Positions 51,950-64,000 of a stretch of 64,000 nucleotides of DNA are shown one piece after another. The notes under the pieces were generated by a model that worked only from the letters and a program-made list of their open reading frames with translations, did not search any database and was not told the DNA's origin. The first letter of the stretch is position 1, and each line of letters starts with the position of its first letter. Made by a program: the position numbers and the translations under genes. The stretch lies in NCBI RefSeq assembly GCF_009914755.1, contig NC_060947.1; one strand, given 5' to 3'. The stretch comes from the human T2T-CHM13v2.0 reference genome, Homo sapiens.

Positions 51950-52865
51950 CTCTATTGTGTTTATTTTTTTCAATTGAATAGATCTTTCTTCTAATCTTTA
52001 TTACTTACTTTCTTCTCTTAACTTTGCATCTAACTTGCTCTTTATTTTCTAGTTATTTAAGGTAGAATCAGGTTACTAACTTTAGATCTTTCTTCTTTTC
52101 TGATGTATACATTTAATGATATACATTTACCTCTGCGTGCTACATTAACTGCATCCCACAGATTTTGATATTCAGTATCAAAATGTATTCAGTTCAAAAG
52201 ACTTTTTAATTTTTCTTCCAATTGCCTCTTTGATCTATGTGTTATTTAGAATGTGTTGTTTATTTTCCAAACATCTGGGTATTTTACAGATACCTTTTTG
52301 TTATTGATTTCTATATTAAGACCATTACAGTCCAAAAATACACTTGATTATTTCTATTCTTTCAAATGTGTTGAGCTGTTATTTCATGGTTCAGAATATG
52401 GCCTACCATGTGCACTTGGAAAGAATGTGTATTCCGCTGCTGCTGGGTAGAACATTCTATTAATATCAGTGAGGTAAAGTTGGTTGATAGTGTTGTTCAG
52501 GTCATCTATATACTTTCCGATTTTCTGCCATCTTGTTTTATCAATAACTCAAAGAGGCGTATTAAAGTCTTCCACTCTAAGTATGAATTTGTCTATTTCT
52601 CCTTTCAAATTGATCAGTCTTTTTGCCTCATGTATTTTGAAGCTCTGTTATTAGATGCATATACATTTTCTAATTGTTATGTCTTCTTGAGGAATTAACC
52701 ATCATTATGTAATTTCCCTTTTTCCCTCTAATGATATTCTGAAGTCTACTTTGCCTGTAATTAATACAGTTTCCTTTTAGTTAATGTTTGCATGATATAT
52801 CTTTGTTCATCTTTTAATTTTAACTTAACCATTCATTTGTATTTAAGGTGGGTTTCTTATCAACA
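51950..52865 (-). mobile_element. L1 ORF2 endonuclease-region fragment (antisense, independent copy)
   Basis: gaaagaatgtgtattccgctgctgctgggtagaacattct...gtattttgaagctctgttattagatgcatatacatt. Confidence 0.85.
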
Positions 52866-55171
<2,306 letters not shown>

Positions 55172-55186
55172 AAATTGAGGAACAAA

Positions 55187-56179
55187 GCTTCTACACAACA
55201 AAAGAAACTATCAAATAGCAAACAAACAACCTACAGAATGGGAGAAGATATTTGCAAACTATGCATCCAACAAAGGCCTAATATCCAGAACCTAAGGGAA
55301 CTTAAACAAATCAATAAGCAAAAACAATCCCATGAAAAAATGGACAATGGACATGAAAAGACACTTCTCAAAAGAAGACATACAAATGGCCAGGAAATAT
55401 ATACGAAATGCTCAATATCATTAATCATCAGAGAAATTCAAATCAAAGCCACAATGAGATACCATCTCACACCGGTCAGAACGGCTATTACTAAAATATA
55501 AAAAAACAACAGATGCTGGCAAGGCTATGGAGAAAAGGGAATGCGTATACACTGGTGGTAGGAATGCAACTTAGTCCAGCCACTGTGGAAAGCAGTCTGG
55601 AGATTTCTCAGAGAGCTTAAAATAGAGCTCCCATTCAACCCAGCAATCCTATTACTGGATATATACCCCAAAGAAAAGAAATCATTCCACCAAAAAATCA
55701 TATGAATTCATAAGTTCATTGCCACACTATTCACAATAGCAAAGACATGGAATCAACCTAGGTGCCAATTAATGTTTGATTGGAAAAAGAAAACATGGCA
55801 CATATATATGCACCATGGAATATTATGCAGGCATAAAAAAGAAAAAAGATTATGTCTTTTGCAGGAACATGGATGGAGCTGGAGGCTACTATCATTAGCA
55901 AACTAATGTAGGAACAGAAAACCAAATACTGCATGTTCTCACTTATAAATGGGAACTAGCCATTGAGCACACATGGTCATAAATATGGGAATAATAGACA
56001 CTGTGGACAACTAATGGGTGTTTGGAGGGAGGGGTTTGGGTTTAAAAACCACCTATCAGGTACTATGATCACTACCTGGGTGGCGGGATTCACACTTCAA
56101 ACCTCAGCATCATGTAATATTCCTATGTAACAAGCCTGCACATATACCCCTTGTATCTAAAATAAAAGTTGAAATGAAA
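55187..56179 (+). mobile_element. 5'-truncated L1 (L1PA15-17-like) 3' end
   Basis: ORF2 C-terminus ([19 protein letters not shown]) and 3' UTR ending ctaaaataaaagttgaaa; TSD aaattgaggaacaaa / aaattaaggaacaaa (55172-55186 / 56180-56194). Confidence 0.92.
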
Positions 56180-56289
56180 AAATTAAGGAACAAATGACCA
56201 AGACTTTGATAGGGAAGACAAGAAGAGGCAATGCACAAATACACACATACAAACACACACTTCCATACAGATACACACAGACACACACA

Positions 56290-57294
56290 CGCTCTTCCTA
56301 CTTCTGTCTGCCAGGACACCTGGGAGCAAGAATACCCCAGTAGCAATGAACACATCCAGTGCCCAGATCTTGGTCTCGAAACTCCTTGCTTCCATAAAGG
56401 GAACCAGGAACTCTCAAAGAAGTGGTTGATTCTGGAGCTGGGGCAAAGAAAACACAAGATGATCCTGGAATATCTTGTGGTAATAAAAAATAAGGAAATG
56501 CTCAAAAAGGATGGATGCACATCAGAAGAAAACCACAGTCCTTAATTAAACTAAAGAGCTTTTGCATGGCAAAAGGAACAGTCAGCAGAGTAAACAGACA
56601 ACCCACAGAGTGGGAGAAAATCTTCACAGTGTATACATCTGACAAAGGCCTAATATCCAGATTCTACAACAAACTCCAACAAATTAGCAACAAAATAAAA
56701 AAAAATGTGGGCCAAGGACATGAATAGACAATTCTCAAAAGAAGATATACAAATGGCGAACAAACATATGAAAAAATGCTCAACATCACTAATGATCAGG
56801 GAAATGCAAATCAAAACCACAATGCGATACCACCTCACTCCTGCAAGAATGGCCATGATCAAAAAATCAAAAAACAGTAGATGTTGGCATGGACGCGGTG
56901 ATGACCAGGGGACACTTCTACACTGCTGGTGGGAATGTAAACTAGTACAGCCACTATGGAAAACAGTGTCGAGATTCCTTAAAGAACTAAAAATAGAACT
57001 ACCATTTGATCCAGCAATTCCACTACTGGGTATCTACTCAGAGGAAAATAAGTCATTATACGAAAAAGATACTTGCACATGCATGTTTATAGTGGCAAAA
57101 TTCACAATAGCAAAAATATGGAACCAGCCCAAATGCCCATCAATCAACGAGTGGATAAATAAACTGTGATTATATATATACACACACATATATTAAATAT
57201 ATATTGTGATATATATGATATATAAATATGGAACCAGCCCAAATGCCCATCAATCAATGAGTGGATAAATAAACTGTGATATATATATATATAT

Positions 57295-57340
<46 letters not shown>

Positions 57341-57990
57341 CATACATATCGTGATATATATGATATATATATGATGGAATACTACTCAGCCATAAAAAGG
57401 AATGAATTAATGGCATTTGCAGTGACCTGGATGAGATTGGAGACTATTATCCTAAGTGAAGTAACTCAGGAATGGAAAATCAAACATCTTATGTTCTCAC
57501 TCATATGTGGGAGCTAAGCTATGAGAATGTAAAGGCTTATGAATGACACAATGGACTTTGAGGACTCAGGGGGAAAGAGTGGGAAGGGGGTGAGGGATAA
57601 AAGACTACCAATTGGGTGCAGTGCATACTGCTCGGGTGATGGGTGCACCAAAATCTCACAAATCACCACTAAAGAACTTACTCAAGTAACCAAACACCAC
57701 CTGTCCCCAGTAACCTATGGAAATAAAAAAATTAAAAAAAAAAAAAAGAAAGAAAGAAAATCAGATTCCAAAATGACAGCACTCCCAATGGCCAAAAATG
57801 GAACAGTTTGGAAATAAAATACATAATGATGATACTGGATTATAATTTATAGAATAAAATTAACATCCATGAATCCATATTGATATAAATAATTCAAAAA
57901 ATGGGGAGAGGGGTTGGGTAATTCATTCTAACAGAATAATACCAATTGATAAATGCAGAAGGAAAGAGAGAAATAGAAAATAACCACTAA
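56290..57990 (+). mobile_element. L1MC/MD-like 3' UTR, split by the L1PB insertion
   Basis: ccccagtagcaatgaacacatccagtgcccagatcttgg... resumes after 57769 as ctcccaatggccaaaaatggaacagtttgg. Confidence 0.7.
56542..57753 (+). mobile_element. 5'-truncated L1PB (L1PB1-like) 3' end with poly(A)
   Basis: ORF 56705-57169 is the L1 ORF2 C-terminus ([11 protein letters not shown]...[14 protein letters not shown]...[12 protein letters not shown]); aataaa plus A-tail at ~57722; degenerate TSD aagaaaaccacagtcc / aagaaaatcagattcc. Confidence 0.93.
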
Positions 57991-58002
57991 AACATCACAG
58001 TA

Positions 58003-58131
58003 AGCTAGGCATTGTGGTGCATGCCTGTAGTCCCAATTACTTGGGAGGCTGAGGCAGAAAGATTGCTTGAGCCAAGGGGTTCAAGGCCAGCCTGGGCAAC
58101 ATAGCAAGACCCCATCTGTTAAAACAAACAA
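58003..58131 (+). mobile_element. FLAM (free left Alu monomer)
   Basis: gctaggcattgtggtgcatgcctgtagtccc...ttcaaggccagcctgggcaacatagcaagacccc; cacagta flanks both sides. Confidence 0.9.
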
Positions 58132-58147
58132 AGAACCAGCACAGTAA

Positions 58148-59385
58148 AGAAGAAATCTAGATGACCTAGAGTTTGTTGATGATTTTTTAGATATAACACC
58201 AAAGGCACAATCCATGAAAGAAAAAATTGATGAGCTGGGAATCATTAAAATAAAAAATATTCTGCTCTGTGAAAGACACTCTCAAGAGAATGACAAGGCA
58301 AGCCACTGATTGAGAGATAATATTTATAAAAAGAAATCTGATAAAAGACTGTTATTCAAAAGAAAACACAAAACAAGACTGAAATATGAGCCAAAGAACT
58401 TAACAGACATCTCACTAAAGAAGATATACAGATAATGAATAAGCATATAAGATGCTCCACATCATATTATCAGGGAAATACAAATTAAAACAATGAGATA
58501 CCACTACACATCTATTCAAATAGCCAAAATCCAGAACACTGACAACATCAAATGCTGGTGAGGATGTGGAACAGCAGTAACTCTCATTCATAGCTGGTGG
58601 GAATACAAAATGGTACAGACACTTTAGATGACATTTTGGCAAGTTCTTACATAACTAAACATACTCTTACCATAAGATCCGGCAATCGTGCTTCTTGTTA
58701 TTTACCCAAAGGAGTTGAAAACTCATGTCCACACAAAAACCTGCACACAGATAATGTCTATTCATAATTGCCAAAACTTAGAAGCAACTAAGATGTCCTT
58801 CAGTGATTGAATGGATAAACTGTAGAATATCCAGATAATGGAACATTATTCAGTGCTAAAAAGAAATAAGCTATCAAGCCATAAAAAGATATGGAGGAAA
58901 CTTAAATGCACATTACCATGTGAAAGAAGCCAATATGAAAAGGCTACATATTGCATGATTCCAACTGTATGACATTCTGGAAAAGGCAAACCTATGGAGA
59001 CAGTAAAAAGACCAATGGTTGTCCAGGGTTAAGAAAGGAGGGAGGAATGAATAGGCAGAAAACAGGGGACTTTTAGGGCAGTGAAACTACTTTGTATGAT
59101 ACTGTAATGGTGGATATATGTCATTATACATTTGTCCAAACCCATTGAATGTACAATGCCAAGAGTGAATCCTAATGTAAACTATGGATCCTCGGTGATA
59201 ATGATGTGTCAATGTAGGTTCATTGATTTCAACAAATGCACCACTCTGTGGAGGATGTTGATAATGGGGAAGGCTGTGTATGTGTGGAGACAGAAGGTAT
59301 ATGGAAAATCTCTGTACTGTCTGCTCAATTTTGCTGTGAAACTAAAAGTGTTCTAAAGGTAAACTTTGTATAAAAATAAATAAAT
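58148..59385 (+). mobile_element. L1MC1/2-like ORF2 end and 3' UTR
   Basis: gtgaaagaagccaatatgaaaaggctacatattgcatgattccaact...gagtgaatcctaatgtaaactatgg...caattttgctgtgaa. Confidence 0.9.
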
Positions 59386-59497
59386 AGCTTTGGGCATATA
59401 TAGTTTAAAAAGAAATAAATACTTGCTTATCCCTAAAACTGGGGATGGTGAGAGCAAGCATGGAATAAGCAGAGAAGGGAATTCAAATCCATAACTA

Positions 59498-59551
59498 TTA
59501 GGTTGGTGCAAAAATAATTGCAGTTTTTGCCATTACTTTTGATGACAGAAA
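59498..59551. mobile_element. Partial MADE1 (Hsmar1 MITE), one TIR only
   Basis: ta|ttaggttggtgcaaaaataattgcagtttttgccattacttttgatgac. Confidence 0.88.
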
Positions 59552-59559
59552 GCCCAGCT

Positions 59560-59710
59560 ACTTTTAAGCTAGGCACTGTTACAAATTTAATAGTCATTTT
59601 CCATTTCAACATCCCAAGAACCTGACTTGATATTTTGTAAGTGGACACAAAAGATGTTCAAAAATGTGTAGTGACTTGCTCAAGGTCACACAGCTCTTAA
59701 ATTGGAAGAT
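59560..59710 (-). mobile_element. MIR
   Basis: gctaggcactgtt...agtgacttgctcaaggtcacacagct. Confidence 0.75.
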
Positions 59711-59984
59711 TTCTGGTAATACTTATTTTTTATGTTTATTTGTATTTTCTACATTTTCCTAGATTTAACATATATTTTGTTGGGGAATTTTTCAAATATC
59801 AAAGAAATATTAAATTATTTGAATTTGTTTAGGTCTTTTAAAGCAATTGTTTAAATATTCCTAGAGTACTACATTAAATCAATAGAATTATAGAAAACTT
59901 GCTGCTTGAGCTATACTTTTTCCAGGTCAGTGAGCAGGTAAATCACTACTGCCTAGACCTAGAAAAGGAAGGGATTGGGGATTC

Positions 59985-60571
59985 CAGTTGACCCTTGAAC
60001 AACACGGATTTTAACTGTGAGGGTCCACTTATACGTGGATTTTATTCAGTATGTTACATCTAGTGTGCCCACCTCTCCTGCCTTCCCGTCTACTTCCTTC
60101 ACCTCTTCTGTCTCTGCTACCTCCCTTCTACTTCCTTCACCTCTTCTGTCTCTGCTACCTCCCTTCTACTTCCTTCACCTCTTCTGTCTCTGCTACCCAT
60201 GAGACAGCAAGACCATCCCCTCCTCTTCCTCTTCATCCTCAGCCAACTCAATGTGAAGATGATGAGGATAAAGACCTTTATGATGACCCACTTCTGCTTA
60301 ATGGAATAGTAAATATATTTTAAATATATTTTATCTTCCTTATGATAGTTTTACTAATACTTTATTTTCTCTAGCTTACCTTATAAGAATACAATATATA
60401 ATATATATAACATACAAAATATGTTAATTTATTGTTTCAATTGTCAGTAAGGCTTCTGGTCAACAGTAGGCTATTAGTAGTTTAGTGTTGGGGCAGTCAA
60501 AGTTTATATGCAGATATTTAACTGTTCTAGGGGTTGGTGCTCCAACCCCTGTGTTGTTCAAGGGTCAAAGG
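59985..60571. mobile_element. Tigger2a-like DNA transposon deletion product
   Basis: TIRs cagttgacccttgaacaacacgg ... cctgtgttgttcaagggtcaa; internal ctcaatgtgaagatgatgaggataaagacctttatgatg. Confidence 0.92.
60091..60197. repeat. 38-bp minisatellite, ~2.8 identical copies
   Basis: tacttccttcacctcttctgtctctgctacctcccttc at 60091, 60129 and (partial) 60167. Confidence 0.97.
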
Positions 60572-61229
60572 TGCTTTGAACCAGCTTAGTCCTCTATCAT
60601 AACAGCCCCCCATAATGTAAGGCCTCCTCAGACTTGACAAACATGATGTTTAGGTCTTAATCAAACCCACTGATTAAAATGTTAAATTTGAATACAGAAG
60701 AGCTAATAGTGATCCCAGTATACCTCACCATAAGGACTTTTTTAGGTCCTGTGAAGAACTACAAAATCCTAGTCATTTTTGGTTATCAGCAGATAGTAAA
60801 CTCATTTGGTTGTTCAAATCCCTCTCCTTCTTATGCTTCATTAGGTACTGACCCTTGACTCTCCATTGGAAAACACACTTAGGGAGACTGTGGGTAAAGG
60901 GCTAGCTATAAGGAGACATTAAGCCGAAGTCTTCCAAAGCAATGTGGTGGAAAATGAGCTGTCAGTAAACCCTGGATCTTGTGTCATCCCGGCCCACTTT
61001 GTGACTTCAGCAAGGCTTTTGTCTTTTTTGAGTCTTCTCACTTTCTAAATGAGGGATGTCCTGGAAAGGAGTGGAACATTACAGAGGAACAGACCTCAAT
61101 TTGAGTGTTGGCTCTGTGACCTATCAGCAGTGTGATGTTGAACAAGTTAGTTAAGTTCTTGAAGCCTTGGTTTCCTCCCCTGCTGTGATGGTTAATTTTA
61201 CATGTCAACTTGACTAAGCCATATGGGCA

Positions 61230-61840
61230 AAGATGTGAGGATAAACCGATTATTTTTATAGTCTCAAAGTATCTTCCACAAGGTATTTATTAATTACAAG
61301 GAGAAAATTACAGTGGAGAAAGCCAGCAGATACTTTATTAACGTTAATGCCACCAATGATAACATCACGAAATCCATGATGAGACATACTGAGAAGGTTA
61401 CAGTATTACTTCTGTGATATTCTTGCCAAAAATGCATAGCCTCAATCTAATCATGAGAAAACATCAGATACACTCAAATTGAAAGACATTCTAAAAATAA
61501 CTGACCAATATTATGAAAGTCAGGGACAGACTGAGTAACTATTTCAGACTGGAGAAGACTAGGGTGGCAGGACAACTAAATGCAGTGTGGGATCCAGAAT
61601 TGGATCTTCAGACAGAAAAAAAATGTCATGAGAGCAGAAAGTGGTGACATTTGGATAGTTTCTGCAGTTTAGTTACTAGTACTGTACCAATTGTAATTTG
61701 TATCAAAATACAAATAATTTGTATGATTATATAAGATATTTACACTAGGGGAGGCTGGGTGAAGGATAAATGGCAACTTTCTGTATTATTTTTGCAACTG
61801 CTCTGTATGCCTAAAGTTATTTCTTATTTAAAAAAAGTAC
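61230..61840 (+). mobile_element. Old L1M 3' UTR fragment, preceded by MIR pieces (~60940-61183) and a short MLT2 5' stub (~61184-61228)
   Basis: ctcaatctaatcatgagaaaacatcagatacactcaaattgaaagacattcta...gacaactaaatgcagtgtgggatcc; stub tgtgatggttaattttacatgtcaacttgact. Confidence 0.8.
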
Positions 61841-62388
61841 AAATTAGAAAGACCTGCCCTTCTGAAGCTATCATTCTGAGAAAAAATAAAGGAAAAAAAA
61901 GAAAAAGCATAATCATGTAAGTTAAAAAAAGACCAAAAACCCTGGACCTATCCCCCAGGAAATATAGTGAAAACCTGGGGTAAAGCACGGCCTTAAGCCT
62001 TCGAGAGGCTAAATATACAAATATAGATTCTTGCACTTTCATAGGTTCTGTTTGCTGACTTGAGTTGCTGCAATGGTTCTTTTATGATTCCTTGCTGTCT
62101 TTTCAATGTTGGTATGAATATATGGAGCCCTACATAGTTTGAATCAGGTGTAACAAGGACATCATCTCTGATTTCCCCACCCCTTTCAATTTCCTTCAAC
62201 GGTTTTGTCTCCAGAATAGATTGCCTTTTCCACTTCTTCAAAGGGATATACCTCACTGAGAAGGTTTCTACTAATTTACGTATCTTAGATAATATAAGGC
62301 AGATTTTTGAGACCCAGTGGGGATTGGCCTTGGGAACTTCTGCAGAGAACCTACCCCAATCTGAATGCAGAATTAACCTCTTTTTATA

Positions 62389-62393
<5 letters not shown>

Positions 62394-62421
<28 letters not shown>
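62394..62421. repeat. (TA)n microsatellite
   Basis: Directly visible. Confidence 0.95.
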
Positions 62422-62425
<4 letters not shown>

Positions 62426-63032
62426 TTTAAAAGGTAATACAGGAGCATTACAAAAATTTTTGGAAAACACAGAAAAATAGAAAAACAAATCACCCACATC
62501 TCACTCCCTCGCCTCCCTCTGAAGACTATATTTACTTTTTGGTACATTTGCTTCCTTCCAGTCTTCTTCTTATGCATCTGTTTCATGTAGTTCAGACTTA
62601 CGTTTATATGATTTCATACATTTTCCTTTCATAATAAAACATTTTTCAGGTTATTACAAACCTTTTGTAAACATAACTGTAATGGCTGAGTAATATTTCT
62701 TCATGTGGCTATTGTCTCAATCCCTTCTCCCCATTTTTTGATATTTCATTTGAAGGAATGCCTTGTTAGTTTGTGTGAGCTTGAGGAGTTGTGCTACTCT
62801 TCTAGAGGATTCTGACTACTGGTGTGTTTTCAGAAAAGGCATCGTGATGGAGAGGAATGAGCTCTAGGCTTGTAGCAGAAGACATGGGTTCAAATTTTGA
62901 GTTTTTAATAAAGCTTTTAAACTTCATTTGCTCATTGTTCTTTTCTGATCCGTTTCCTCAGTTGCAAAATGTCATAACTTATGCATAATCTTCAAGTTTC
63001 CCTTGAGTTGAAACATTCTATGATAAGATTAT

Positions 63033-63506
63033 GTGTTTTCCTCTTGACTTGTTTGAGTTCCTTATATATTCTGGTTATTAAATCCTTGTTGGATGGATAG
63101 TTTATAAATATTTTCTCCCATTCTGTAGGTTCTCTTCACTTTCTCTGTTTCCTTTGTTATGCTGAAGCTTTTTAGCTTGATATAATCCCATTGGTCTATT
63201 TTTTTTTTTTTTTTGCTTTTGTTGCCTGTTCTTTTGAAGTTTTATCAAAAAAAAAAAAAAAAAAATCTTTACCCAGACCAATATCCTGTAGTGTTTCCCT
63301 GATGTTTTCTTTTAGTGGTTCCATAGTTTCAGGTCTTAGATTTAAGTCTTTAATCCATTTTGAGTTGACTTTTTTGTATGATGAAAGACGGGAATCTAGT
63401 CTCACTCCTCTGCATATAGATTTCCAGTTTTCCCCGCACCATTTATCAAAGAAACTGTCCTTTGCCCAAAGTATGTTCTTGGCACCTTTGTCAAAAATGA
63501 GTTGGC
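63033..63506 (-). mobile_element. L1 ORF2 segment, inverted 5' part of the following L1
   Basis: Minus ORF 63196-63630 contains [27 protein letters not shown]...[10 protein letters not shown]-like L1 ORF2 sequence. Confidence 0.9.
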
Positions 63507-64000
63507 AACAACTCAATAGTAAGAAACAAAACCAAATAATCTGACTAAAAATGGGCAAAAGACCTGCATAGACATTTCTCAAAAGAAGACATACAAATAG
63601 CCAGCAGGTATGTGAAAAGATGCTCAACATCAGTAATCATTAAGAAAATGCAAATCAAAACTACAATGAGATATCCTATCATCCCAGTTAAAAAGGCATT
63701 TATCTAAGAGACAGTTAGAATGGTTATTATAAAAAAAAGACAACAAATAGCAAATGCTGGTGAGGATGCAGAGAAAGGGAAGTGCTCATACACTGTTGCT
63801 GGAAATGTAAATTACTACAGCCACTGTGGAAAGCAGTATGGAAGTTCCTTACAAAACAACAGAACTACCACATGATCCAGCAATCCCACTGCTGAGTACA
63901 TACCCAAAAAGAAAGAAAATCAGTATATTGAAGACATCTGCACTCCCACATTTAGTGTAGCACTATTCACAATAGCCAAGATATGGGATCAACCTAAATA
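63507..64000 (+). mobile_element. L1 (L1MA/L1PB-like) ORF2 C-terminal segment, runs off window end
   Basis: aaaatgggcaaaagacctgcatagacatttctcaaaagaagacatacaaat...gatccagcaatcccactgctg. Confidence 0.92.

Noticed and set aside
51950-52865. Internal inversion of the surrounding L1
   Set aside because: The antisense piece and the resumed sense piece both contain the same endonuclease segment (NVYASN/NIYAPN), so they are two separate copies.
55175-57169. Protein-coding ORFs of 108-154 aa
   Set aside because: Residual L1 ORF2 C-terminal frames in 5'-truncated, non-autonomous copies, plus chance ORFs over L1 3' UTR sequence.

Overview
Primate nuclear DNA, most likely human (AluY, THE1 and L1PA/PB copies are present). 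It is AT-rich, CpG-depleted and dominated by interspersed repeats: L2, MIR, MaLR/ERVL solo LTRs, hAT and Tigger DNA transposons, and a stack of nested L1 fragments from about 50 kb to the end. It looks intergenic or deep-intronic. I found no CpG island, no RNA gene and no intact host protein-coding exon I can recognise. The only gene-derived feature is a processed RPL7L1 pseudogene (37269-38526) with a 15-bp TSD, an A-rich tail, a +1 frameshift and CpG-decay substitutions. Nearly all ORFs in the track are repeat-derived or chance. I cannot support a new biological system. The best leads are a degenerate ~56/112-bp satellite-like array at 13.0-13.5 kb, an apparently hairpin-templated frameshift in the pseudogene, an inverted L1 with a fold-back junction, a four-family transposon nest at 1.6-5.2 kb, young perfect duplications inside old elements, and repeat-poor islands with homeodomain/TALE motifs and possible non-coding exons. 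Repeat subfamily names come from recalled consensus sequences and need RepeatMasker/Dfam confirmation. Boundaries without a TSD are approximate.
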